A stretch of 64,000 nucleotides of DNA from Halocafeteria seosinensis (lineage: Eukaryota), in assembly GCA_001687465.1 (NCBI GenBank), contig LVLI01000165.1, positions 1 through 64,000 of the forward strand, read 5' to 3'. Each line of letters starts with the position of its first letter. Position 1 is the stretch's first letter. Below, in pieces: positions 47,801 to 60,439 of the stretch. Below the pieces are notes generated by a model. It saw only the letters and a list, made by a program, of their open reading frames with translations, was not told the DNA's origin and did no database searches. Made by a program: the position numbers and the translations under genes.

Positions 47801-48268
47801 TTGCTGCATATACCATTTGGCCGCCAGACGTATCAAACGATCATTGTAGTCGTTGGAACTTTCCCCCGCTTGCCGTTCGGCATAGGTGTCACGATGATGC
47901 ATATTGGGGAAAACAATGAAACGACGCCTTTTATCACGAATTACATCGCAGAGACGATTATACAAGGCCAAATTCCTATGTTTGGTCTCCTCGAGCACCG
48001 TTTGCAGGACGATTACGTCCGACACAGGCGGGCACTGATGCTCCAGGACGTCGATCTGGTGAAGCACCGTGTTGGTATCGAGTAGAAGATACCTCTGTTT
48101 GTAGGGGGAGTCTGATAAAAGCACTTTATTGTCTTCTTCAGCTTCATCTCCACATAAGGGGTCCAAGGCGCTGGCAGAGCTAATGTCGTCTCTTAAATAA
48201 TGCTCCCGCAGCACTTTCAGCACCTTCCCTTTGCGGGAACGTTTGTAGAATACATGCGACGACTGCAT
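44843..48268 (-). CDS. DIS3: Exosome catalytic subunit DIS3/RRP44 (PIN, CSD, RNB, S1)
   Basis: ATG at 48268. REHYLRDDI; PIN LLDTN, VLEE, YNDR, VTND; RNB SIDPPGCKDIDDALH, LVEEFML, HYGLA..YTHFTSPIRRY; C-terminal poly-K NLS. Introns at 46214-46283 and ~45761-45825. Confidence 0.95.
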
Positions 48269-48624
48269 CCTCTTGAATACCCGTCTGAAAATGACCGATA
48301 AAGGGCTCAAACCATGGGTTTCTAATAAATTCCAGCCTGAATTTCCAGCCTCTGACACAAGCTGCAACTTCAACAAGACAAACAAATCGTCGAGATAAAA
48401 GCCCAATTCAAATGAGCCCCCAAGGATGAGTAGTCAGACTTCCAATGCTCGATTCAGGATTGATGGGGCTGTAATAACCCAATCCACAAATGGAAGACCA
48501 TAATACGTAGCTACCATACCGTAGATGGATGAGGCAGCATACGTGTTGAATAGTAGAGTCGTTTTGATCCATTTGAATTTGAAAAAGACGGTATTGACGT
48601 CGTATTTGCTTCCTACTCCACAAC

Positions 48625-51462
48625 ATGGTGCGCATTTCGATAGACGAGGTGGGATCACATTGCTATGCGCAAATCAAGGAGCATGCCGCCCAGAGCGGTT
48701 GCTCTGTCTTGCTCCTTGTAGCGCCTGATACGGACGCTCTCGCAGCATGCAGGATCTTAACGGTAAGGTCGCGACAAGTTTAGACGCTGTAGACGAGGCT
48801 TTGAAACATTGAATCATGCCTTAGGTGCATTTCAGACGCTGATGGACGCGGATAACGTTATCTATAAACTGAAAGCAGTGGCGGGGTACTTGGACATCCG
48901 GGAAGCCACTAAGACAACTGTGGTGGATAATGAGGAAGTATGTGAGAGCTCGATGTATGAACCTGGGAAAGAGATTTGATGTTTCCTGATGTGCAGCTTC
49001 GCTCCATCGTCATGCTCAACTGTGGAAATTTGGTTCACACTGATGAAAGTCTTGCGGTAGATGATCAGCCGCTGGATCTCAACGATGAAAGTGCCCCGTT
49101 TATTTACATGTTTGACTGCCACAAACCTATCTATCATACAAATATTTTGCATGACAAAGTAAGAGAAAATTAGGCTTTTCTATTCCGTTCCGTTCCTTAT
49201 CGGCATCCTTTGCGTCTACATTACAGGTATATGTGCTCGACGATGGATTCGTTCCGCCTGAAGAAGAAGTGCCTTCCGAGAATGATTCCGATTATGAATT
49301 TGACATGGAGGACGACAACGATGAGGATGAAGAAGATGACGATGAAGAGCAGGAAAACAACTCCGAATCGCTTTCTGAGAGCGAAGCCGATGAGGAAGAA
49401 AGCGCGGAGGACCAGTCAGATAACGCAGATACAGAACAGGCGTTGGAGCGGCGACGGAAGCGACTACGAAAACGCTCAAAGAAACGAAGGCAACAGGCAC
49501 AGGATAGCAAGAAGAGAAGAAGACGGCATGTTGACGAGAAGAAAATAGAGAAAAAGAAACGTTGGAAATCATATTACGACGGAGATTATTTCGGGCTCCC
49601 CATTGCTTATATAATGTACCGCCTGGCTCAACAGCTGAATAAAGTAAGCGTAGCTTCCCGACCGTAGTACAAGGGATGGAATTGTTGGAATTATGCAACT
49701 ATTGCAGGACCGGAATGATCTACTCTGGCTGGCTATTGTCGGGACGACTGATCATTACATCCATCACCGAATGGACGAAGAGGCTTACAAGGACGTTTAC
49801 AATGATCTTAGACAGGTAAGATTAGTCGCCCCTTTCTAAAGGAGTGAAATCCTGAAACAGGTGTTTTTGGCTTCCTCTTGTGTAACAGGAAGTTGTCGTA
49901 CACAACGATAGACCCGCGCCCCCTGGAAGTCAAGGTGACGTTGCCCGGGACGGCAACGGGGATTTCGACTCAGAGCACCCCTTGTATGGAGGTACCTCCC
50001 ACGGTGGTGCACCTGTTTTCGATGAGAACGGCAACTGGGTCAGAAGCAGCCACGGAGGAAACACTGGTGAAGGAGGTTCTGCTCGAGCTCCAGGAGACGA
50101 GCCTATATCTTTGGGCGTGGTTCCGGCAGGTCGTCTAGGATACATAACCCCTGTGTTGGAATACAAGTTTTTTCTGCATCGTCATTGGAGTCTGTATGAG
50201 TCTCTTTACTATTCACCAACAATTGGGACTCAGCTAGAACTCTGGACCTCAGAAGTAAGCGCTTTGTTTAAGTTACAGTAGGGAAAACAGCGGAAACGAT
50301 TGGCTTGGTCAATTCGCAGGATGGGACAAGAAAGCTTCATAAGCTGCTTGCTCATTGCGGGGTACCACTGCGAGATGCTAGACAACCGTGGCAACATATG
50401 CAAAACACTACCAAGAAAAAAGTTGCCAGGATCCCCCGCTGGTGCCGTGAAGCTCCGGAAGATCTACAGGTAATAACTGGAATACGCAACATGTTACCTA
50501 TGATCTACATACAAGTGTCGTTTTCTTTGTGTACCCTACAGGAATTCAGAATGGAACTGTTATATTCATCGTTTACCCGACAGGTTGACTACGGGACCCC
50601 TGTCTCTGCGGCCGACGTTGCGTACGCTATAACTGCCCTCCTAGAGAACGCAGTAGAGATGAACTCAGGAGAGACAGGTTCTTCCGAAGTCATGGATGTG
50701 GGCGATGAAGCGTCAGGTCTAGCTAAATCTCAAGGAGGTAATGTCTGGAGATACAACTGGCTTGCAGCATATGAAGCTCTCTCTTCGAAAAGAGTTGATT
50801 TGCTTCGCCGCGGAATTAAACTTGCTATGCGCATTCAACGAGCTATAGCTAGAGTGGGTCCGACTATTGTACGAGCAGCTCACTATATTACGAGCAGTGG
50901 ACCTGTGCGAACGGTCACTCTACCGGACTTAACAGATCAGGATCGCATGATATTTACCCAACCACTAGCCTTAGCTAAGCTCGGAAATTTCATAATTGAC
51001 TATCACCAGGTATGTATACTCAAGGGGTATTCGTTCGTCCCCGAAAAGCTCTAAACAAAATGGCTTGATGCCGAACAGATATGCCGTGAGGAATGGCTGG
51101 GACATCCTTCACGGGGAAAGCGCCTGCGGGAAAAGGATAAGGCAAAGCCGCTAATCATGTTCGCGCACAATCCTGTCACGTCCTTTTATACGGTTGTTGG
51201 GATCACGGTGACAGAGAACTCCCAACAAGTCAAAACGTACGTTGGCCTGCGGCTCGAGTTCTTTTCGACTCCTATTGTTTCAAGTCGATACCTCAATTAT
51301 TGCAGAAAATTAGCTGATGTTCTTCGAGATGCCGGACGACAGAGTGGTTGTCACTTTATGATGGATGGTTTTGACCAGAGTACGCTCTGGATACATGAAG
51401 ACTACTATGACCGCTTCAGGGAGTTCCTGACAGAGCATATGTTCAATTCTGCTACGGCATAG
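48625..51462 (+). CDS. CDC45: DNA replication initiation factor CDC45
   Basis: ATG at 48625. VLLLVAPDTDALAACRILT, IVMLNCG, FDCHKPIYHTNI, an acidic tract, LLWLAIVGTTD, FLHRHWSLYESL, SAADVAYAITALLE and FTQPLALAKLG. Multiple short introns. Confidence 0.93.
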
Positions 51463-52194
51463 ATTGAACCTTCCCTCTTTTATGCACAATAAACATACTC
51501 TCTGAGAAACATCATGAATGGAATAAGTTTATCTGTTACGATAGCGTGGGCAGCATAGTAGGAAATGTCATTGCCGGTGCTCACGTGCCACATGTGGACT
51601 TTTCCAATACATGCACCCAAGTATTCCGTTGATGATAATAGTTTGCTTCTCTACTTTTCTCGCAATCTATGGCTTTTTTGGAGCAATTCCCTGGAATGCT
51701 CTCGTGGCGTGGATAACGACGAAGTTGTAGTTCCTAGCTCGCGTGCCATGTACTTCAATTCAATGGGGCCCTAAAAACGAAATAAAATGAAAGGCCATAA
51801 AGAGCTGTTTTGTGATGCGGCTGGTTTCCAGGGATATATAACCCTTTGAATATATTGTGTTAGGCAGCAAGTTGCATCATCGTATAGCTGTAATAAGGTG
51901 TATAAAGGAACATCGGGGCTTCAGAGTAACTTTTCCGTCCATATTCCTGGACAGAAGGATATTAAGAGCTAATATAAAGTTTCCCATTGGTAGAGGAAAG
52001 CACTTTCGGTTATAAGAGACGGTTCTAAAGGCTGTGATAGGGCAACGGGTCACAGCATGAATAGTATGTAGCTGTGGCAAAAACCTCGTTTGGAACACGT
52101 ACCACACAAATGCCTGCTGAGCAGCGTGGACGCAATGAGATGCTCAATTGAGGGTATTCCACCCCACAACTATATGATTACGAGATAAAGCACC

Positions 52195-55100
52195 ATGGAG
52201 CGTGATGTATACGATGTCTCCCTCCGAGATGAGCTTGCATCTCAACAACAACGAGCTGATCACGTAGCTGCGGCCGCCCAACAGATATACGCATTAAGCA
52301 CATGGAGAAACGATCGACGCCAACGAATACGCTTCAGTCTCATACTGCTCGTACTATTCTCGGTTCTCTTCATTCTGAGGCTGTTAACCCCAGAGTTTAC
52401 GGGCTGGAAGACACACAGAATTTACGGTGTCAGCCTCACTGAAGTGTTATTGGCAACCATAGCCCTGATTTCAAGTTATAAAGTAAGCAAGCGGCACATC
52501 TTGTGATCTTATGCAGGTATTTTAATGGTTAATGGTGCAGCTTGATTTCGAGCATCGTTCTTGGGTGGAAGCTATCGTCACGTTCGTGTACATTAGTACT
52601 GTGGTAGTCCACCTCCTATTTATCGCGGTTTCTGCAGAGTTTACTGTCGGTCAGCTAACGTTATTTCTACTCATGGAGATTTTGTACGCTTTTCCAGCTG
52701 CATTCAGTATACCGTTCAAATTATACAAGTGGTCTACAACCTCCGTCCTTCTCCTGACGAGCCTGATGCTCCTGTTATCGCGATGGACCCGCCAAGTGGA
52801 TTTCGAAGGTTTTGCCAACTGCGTGTTTTTCTTGGTATTCGTTGTAGTGACGGGTAAGTATATAACGTGTCATATACTTTGAGTGGTCGTAAATGATATT
52901 CTTTTTTTCCGAAGCGTGTGCAGCTTATCCATGGTATGTCATCCATGACACCGGAGGAAAGCAGATACAATTGTTCAGCGCCATGGAGAAAGAAAATTTC
53001 ACACAGCTGTCGCTTTTGGAACGAGTAATACCAAAAGTAAGAATTATCACAGTAAGATTACGACGAAAAGCAACCCTCGTTTTATTGCACTGCCACGCAG
53101 GTGTTCCTCGATCAACTTTTTTCAAACGAGAGGATTGTCTCAACATGCTCCGGAGTGACGGTAATGTTTGTCGAGGTGATGAAGGGTCGCTTGCAACCAG
53201 ATGGGGAAGTAATATGGAAAAAACTTGGTAGCGACGTTGATCCCAGTACACTAAAAATATTGTCCAAGGTCTTCAGAGTACTGGATATCGTCGTTGAACG
53301 TAATGCTGTATTTAAAGTTGAAACAGTGGGCTCAGAGTACATGGCCGTCAGCGGTAAGTTCGTAACGTCGTTCGCCAAAGTTCCTTGCCCAGCCACTCAC
53401 AACGGACAAATTTGTTGCTATTACAGGTTTACCAGCTTCATGCTCTCATCCCAACAATACAGCCTATGCAATTATCGAAACTGCAATTGACATGCTTGAA
53501 ACCGTTCATGATCATGAGGATCTACCCGATGTAAGAATTTCTCGCATTTCTTCCAATTCGAAAATCATTTTGACAACGTTTCTTGCTACAGCTGTCACTG
53601 CAAATAGGAATCAACGCAGGAACTGTCGTGGAAAGTATTCTAGGGAGAAAATTACTTCCCCGGTGGAAATTGTTTGGCGATACCGTTAATACAGCTTCGC
53701 GGATGAAGAGCACCGGGATGGCAGGCCAGGTCCATGTCTCCAAAGCGGTACGCTCTTTAATGATGACAGATGCGATAAAGTACATAGCTTCGTTCGACCC
53801 GGAAGCAGCACTGGACTGGTGCGACACAAATCACTACCCAAAAGACAAGCTACACATAGACCCGGATGTTGTTGAGGACTACGAAAAATTCCGGGCAAAG
53901 AATCCTCCAGTTTCTGGTAGCGCATTAGAGTCGCTGACGACAAACATTGAGTCAGGATCTGAAATGTCGTCTAATTCAGAAACACCCCTGTGTCTTGGCG
54001 ATCTATGCCTAGGAGAACTGGTTGGATTCTATTTCGAGCCGAGAGGAAGAGTTATGATCAAAGGAAAAGGTGCAATGCAGACATTTTGGATAAAAGTATT
54101 TGACGAGATACCAGACAGTGAAAATGGTATGAGTACGCCTCATGCAGAAATAGATGAAGCGCCTTCTTCTGTGGGTGGGTCATTGCGTAATCTCGCTCCA
54201 GAGCTTAGCGTTGTATCGGCAGAGGAGACACCACGTTTTCCCCAGTACTCTTGGAACCGATCCACGAATTCTTTGAGGATCAACGCCTTCGATGATGTTC
54301 AGGGAGTAGCCAGTAACCATCAGTATACGGGAAGAAGCCGTAATAGTCGTAACACCGGTACAACGCTGAACTCGTATTCAAGTCACGTTCCAGCATCATT
54401 AAAGATATCTATCAGCCCTGCGCAACTAGAGGCCCAAAGGATGAAACTTTTCCCGACGCTGGCCGCTAGAAGCAACGCTGGGAAGGCTAGAATTGTAGGA
54501 AGAGAAATGCAGGAAAAATTTGTCGCCCCTCGCAAAAATACGGGGAAGTTTCGGACTGTAGCCCTGGGTGTCATCGCCGCAGGACGGCTGGGGATGCACA
54601 AAGCCTGGGCATCGTCGCTGAACCGCACAGAAAATTCAACGATCACAGATAATGATAAAGACACAGAAAAAGAAGCGTCAAACATGGAATCACGTGGTCA
54701 GCCAACTTATGAAGCTGACGACGTGGACATCCACAAACCATTACCAGAGCCTTCTAAGCTAGAAAGGAAGCAAGTTGTACCTTTCCTCGCGATAAATACA
54801 ACAAACGCATCCTACAAAATGAAGAAGGAAAAGTCCGCCCGCACAACAATCCGTAAAGATTGGGATGAATACGCTTCCCGTAGCCGGCGAAGATTGCTGG
54901 ACGCCAACTTTCCCAGCAACAACAGCGTCGATTCTGCTGAGGAGTCAACCGTGCGACAAGTAGACAGTGTCTCTAGCTTAGAAGCTGAAGATACCGGCAG
55001 TCAGAAGAAACTTGCGTCAAATAGGCTAATGCAACAGAAGAAGCTGTTTGGAAGTGTATATAGCTTTTTCCAAACTGCGAACCAATCTTCTGAACCAAAA

Positions 55101-58100
55101 CTATCTCATGGTCCGAAAAGAAACTCCTTAGAGCATATGATGAAATCTCCCGAGGAAGACTCCCAATTCGACCTACAGATTAATAAGCCCAGTCACCGCA
55201 TTAAGCAGCAAAGAATGATATCTAAAAATAGCACCAATGGGACTGTCCGCAGTGGAAACCATCTGCTCTCGCAAAACGCTAGAATCCATAGCAAGAGTAT
55301 GGGGAAACTAAGCCTGCAGAAGCCAGCAACCGTTCAAGAAGAACCTGACACCAGCAGTCACTGGACGCCAACTTTACCAGGCGGAACCACAAGTACTATG
55401 GAGCAACCTCGACTGGCTTCACCTGGAATGGATAGTGTTAATTTAAAAAGAAAATTTTATGGATTGAAACAGCAACGACAGTATAGACTGGAAGGATCCA
55501 GCATGAGGGAGTTACGGCTGAAGAATGAACGAAGGCGTCGACTCTCTAATATTTCGCAAGCCGACGCCAGCTCAAATCTTATGGAAGACATGCTCAGCTC
55601 CAAGAGACGATTAATACGAAGAGGGGTGTCAGATAAGATGTTACTGAACAAGCATAACAGATACAATCACACAAAAGACGAGATAAGCGATCACAGCTCC
55701 CAAGAGGTTGAGCAGATACGTGACACGCTCTTTAGCTCAGAGCAAAGTCGACGGAGATCCCCTGAGAGTGCGTCCGACGGAAAGACAACGGCGAATGTGA
55801 TTGAGGCCAACCGTGATATTCACACCAAGTGGCATGTGGAACAGACTGCTGTTGGACAAGGAAACGACGAAGAAAGCAGTGAAGACAGTGACGGACACTT
55901 CGAGTTAGCTGGAGAAGGGATCAAGCTGACTCAGTCTATACGGCAACATTCGGTGAAGATGAACTCCCCAGCGAACCGTAGCAGAGCTGGATCTGTGGAG
56001 AACGGACCCAAACGAAACTTTGTTCACAACTCTAGTAGTGCGAAGGACTTACAATCGAAGAACGACAGTGCAAAGTCACTTCTTCCACCATCTTCTCTTA
56101 ATTCTGGACAATCTAGACGATTCAGTGCTCCCTCTGATAATAACACAATCTATGAGATCCGCAAACAACTTAGTGGGGACAATAACGCAATTGGGCGGCT
56201 CTACCAGAATGCGCTAAACTATGCGGCTCAGAATCAGACCGGAAATACAGAGGCGAGCGAAAGTGAAACAACTGATACAAATTCGACCGCGTCAAACTCT
56301 GTGGTATATGGACATCATCAAGAAACTAATCAGTCACCAGATGAAGGACCTGTTAAACCAACATTCACCCCTAAGAAAAGCCATCACGAGATAAAAATCA
56401 AACAATTGATCAAAAAGCAAAACAGCAATACTCAAAATGATCCTGTCAAATGGACTGAAGCAGGGGAAGATTTTGCACACGGAGCATTGGCTTTCAGGAA
56501 GAGAGAAGCGACGGTCACCCCTCTAGATACCTCGGCACCGGCTGATTCTTTATTTGCGGATGCTGAAGACGGCATTAAATTCAACCCCGTAGAAAGAATA
56601 GTAAGATATCAATCCAAGACGGACTCCAACGTACCTCGTCGAGGAGCAGTTACACCTGGTAAGCGCCGTTCTTCTTCAATTGTGCTTTCACAGCAAAAAT
56701 TGGATCTTCGAGAGGAACAAAGTGTGACCTCCGTGTCTTCCCGACAAAATGTTGATGTCGAAAACATGAAACGGACTCGTGACAATGAAACAATTAACGC
56801 CTACTGTCCAAAACCCTCAAACGCTCCCAGAGCTGCAACTGCTGTGAAAGCTGGATCTAAATCCAGGTTAACAGCACCACTTGATCTTGCTCGCTACCAG
56901 ACGGAGGTCTTCGAAGACACCGCTGGTGGAAAAAATGTTTTATCGCCTCATGCAGGTGATCGAAACAGTACTGACCTACCCCGACCAAAACTGCGTAGGT
57001 ATTCCCTGAAGTTCGTAGACGATACCACGAACTTGGAAAGTCGCTTTAAAGCATCAATGCTCCGGAACAGCAATAACCTTTTCGTTGCTGGGCTGGGGAT
57101 TTTTGCTGTATCTTCGCTTTTTACTCTTCTGGCATCAGTAAATGATATGATAGTTTTTACAGTATTGAGATCATTGGCAATCGTGGCTTGCGTAGGTGGA
57201 GGTCTCATAGCGAAGACTGGAAAGGCCCCCATGAGGGCCCCGCATTTTGAGCCGCCGCGTTCCGCTCTAGCTGGATGGACTCTGAAAGAGGCGAAACAGG
57301 AGTCCATACAAAATCTTGCGACCGCTGTAGTGGTGGTAGGGATGGTGATACATCATGTACATGTCTTTGTTACCGGTGTTGTTGGCAAGCCTATTGAGGA
57401 GGGAGGAGTCGATGCCCAGTTGTCCCGCGCGGTGCCTACCCGCGAACAACAGGAAGAGTCAGGGGATCACTTTGACTCGTATCATCATATAGTGTTCCAC
57501 TTTGCAGGTTTACTGCTAATACCGTCCTTTTTCCTAGTTCAATATCGGTATTTTGTACCGCTGGCGACGGTATTAACGATTCTCTTCATCGCTTCCGAAA
57601 GTGTTGCGCAACCTCAGCTATGGGTCTGGGGAGTTGCGTGGGCGATTCTCAACACCATTCTAGCGTTCGCATTAGTTCGAATGCAAGAATTACAGCAACG
57701 TTACGACTTTTACCTGCACCACGTTTCCGAAGAAGGTAGGAAGGTAACTACAAAAATGTTGCATGCGATGCTTCCTCCAACGATTGCCGACCATATGCTT
57801 CTCAAAGAAGACCGTGCCCGGGGGTTGCCGATCGCACGAGACGAAGACAATGATGACGAGGAGCGGTCAAACAGTCATCAAACAGCCCGCAGTGAAGGGG
57901 AAGATTCGCTTCTCTATCACTATGGCCTGCAGTCCGAACCCGTCTCTCTACTAATGTTCGATTTAGTAGGTTTCACTAAGATGAGTGCTAGCATCGGTCC
58001 ACATGCTCTTGTGTCCATGTTGGACCGACTCTACGGGGCCTTCGATAAAACTGTCGAGAAGAGGTCAGCTCACAAAGTAGAAACAATTGGCGATGCGTTC

Positions 58101-58484
58101 TTAGTTTGTTGTGGTGCTCCTGACTCAAAGCCTCCCAAAGAGTCTGCCACAACTATAGCAAAATGTGCTCTTGATATGTTGCAGACCGTGGAAACGTTTC
58201 CTGCTCCGAAGGGGTACAGACTGGAAGCGCGAATTGGGATACATATTGGACACGTTCTTGGCGGAGTAATTGGGAGTAAAATGCCACGGTACCAGCTATT
58301 TGGTGTAGCTGTGGATAAAACCATGGAGCTTGAGGCGTCTTCAATTCCTGGCTACGTCCACGCAAGTAAGGAGATTCTTCATTATATTGAAGACCAGCCC
58401 GACTTGCAAATTATTGAACGGTTGGAAGATGGTAGTGGATATATAGATAGGGATAAAAAAGGCGTGCTTTCTTGTCAATGGTAG
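52195..58484 (+). CDS. Membrane-bound class III nucleotidyl (probably guanylyl) cyclase with two TM blocks and two cyclase domains
   Basis: TM block, then cyclase 1 (VTVMFVE, FKVETVGSEYM, IGINAGTV, PRWKLFGDTVNTASRM, IKGKGAMQTFW). A ~900-aa S/N/R-rich linker follows, then a second TM block, LHAMLP and cyclase 2 (MFDLVGFT, KVETIGDAF, RIGIHIG, PRYQLFG). Several short 5' introns. Confidence 0.88.
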
Positions 58485-58499
58485 ATTAATGGTGTCGCC

Positions 58500-60062
58500 T
58501 TATTCATTTTTCTCCTTTCCGGAACACCCTCGGACTAGGACCACCAACGTGATAATAACAAAGGCAATGCTACCAGCCACTACTCCAACCTGATAGTTCA
58601 CTCCGTGATACCCATTTAAAATATTTATAAACTTTTGAGGGTACTTGAAGAGTCCACGCCTTTGCTTGGGATGCGTGTCCGCCAATATATCATCTAGGAA
58701 TGACTGCAGTTCGTCTAGCTCGTCCACGGAATCATCTTCCTGTAGGCGCACAACACAATGTATAAAGGAGAACAAAGAAAGGGTTCCGTTGACGGCAGTA
58801 CTTACCCAGTATCCTCGGTCCTTAGGGTCAATGACCACATACCTAGGGAGAGTGTTGGGGCTAATATTGAACTGTGATACATAGTTCGCCCATTCATTCC
58901 CATCTATCCAAGCAAAGTTGAAACTGGCGCGAGTAGATTCCGATAAGTACGAGGAATGCATAGATGCGAATTTTTGGAACCGTTCGTTTCTTTTCGCGAA
59001 TTGGCTATCTTCTCTAGAGAAGACACCTAAGACTAGCAATCTCTCAGAGTTCAATAGTGCCCCTGCATTTCCTGGACCCATTTCTACCATAGAAGGTAGT
59101 CTGTTTCTATACATCCACTGGTATACCGCTTCCTTGTTCTTTTCTAGTGTGTCACGAGGAAGCTGAGAAGTTGTTCTCGAAAACTGTCTCGAGTCTCCAT
59201 TTCTGGCTGCCTCTGCAGGGAAGAAAATTGGCAAATCGTCCTGCTCCAGACGGCACAGGATCAAGTTGTCATCAAGCTTAGTGATAGATTCTGCGTCCAC
59301 AACTCCCTGGAGAACATCTGGGAGCCCGCCGGCCACATCCACCGCTGTAATAGGAGAGGCTGCAAATACATTCTTCGATGCTTCCCGGATCAACGAGTAC
59401 GATCGGCCTGTGGGTTCGTGCCGTTGAATGAAAGTAAACAAGACGGGCGAGGACTCAAACGCTTCCTTCAGATCCTGTGGATTCCCTAACTGCTTCAGGG
59501 GTCCCAAGCGAACCCTACTGGCCAAGTTCAGGAGCCCAGAAACATCCCGTGTGAAAAATTCTGACGGAATGGTGTAACTTTGCCCATCAATGAAAATGAC
59601 GAGTGTCGGGTACGCCTTGATGTTGAATCGCTCACAGAGACTTCTGTGGGCTAAGCAATCGACTTTCCCAAAATACACGGCGTTCGAGGAATCCTCGGAG
59701 GCCTTCTGCGCAGCTTCGTGGAAGGCAGGGGCCATTCGACGGCAATGTCCACAGTTCTGCAAAGAGGATTGAAGAAAAATAATATCATCGATCGACTGAA
59801 CCAAATCATCTGTACATCAACGCACTGGTGAATAGAATTTGATGATCCAGCGCCCCGTGCTGATGTGTTGATCAAAGTTATCCGTCTCCAATGTGCTCAC
59901 AGTCTTTTCCATTTCCGGTGATACCCACGGTTCGTCATTGGCCGAAGATGCAGCAAGGGTATATGGTCCTATCAGCGCCAAAAGACACACTAAAACAAGG
60001 GAAAACACCCTTGAACGACTGTGACTTTGACGACTGGGTGTGCAGTGACTCTGAGGTGCCAT
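58500..60062 (-). CDS. Membrane-anchored protein disulfide isomerase, TMX3-like
   Basis: Signal peptide. WIIKFYSP|NCGHC, GKVDC and IKAYPTL, then two non-catalytic Trx-like domains (FNFAWIDG), a C-terminal TM helix and KEKNE* (KxKxx ER retrieval). Introns at ~59757-59825 and 58740-58805. Confidence 0.85.
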
Positions 60063-60439
60063 TTCACCACTACCTCTCAATATTGCAAGGTTCTAAAAGC
60101 ACCTATACGTGTGCACTAATATCATCTACTAAATTAACGCAAAAACGTTCAATTCAGTTCGTCTGAATGAATGTTTTGAAAGGGAATCTGCTCTGCGACC
60201 TGAGCTCCCGCACTTCTTAGGGAGGCACCCTTGAAGCTATCAACGTCATTCTTCGGAGTAGCAAGCAGCGCGATGAATATTTCGGCAGAAATTAAGCGGA
60301 GGGGCGTGATACTTCCTTAGTCTGTTTATTGTTGTGGTTTATAACATTGGGTACTTCTTTAGCCTTCTATAGCCTACCGACGCGGTGACCCGAACCACAT
60401 GGACCCAGGCACGAAATCCATAGATACTGCCGCCTGGAT

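Noticed and set aside
49985..50060. SHGG motifs in CDC45 as related to the giant gene's GGSHGG modules
   Set aside because: Only a 4-residue match, with none of the other module motifs.
19773..58805. Several stop-free 3n introns (19773-19841, 33819-33899, 50470-50541, 51237-51305, 58740-58805) as a sign of weak NMD
   Set aside because: Five among roughly 60 short introns is about what chance allows, and the sample is too small. They mainly explain spurious inserts in the ORF track.
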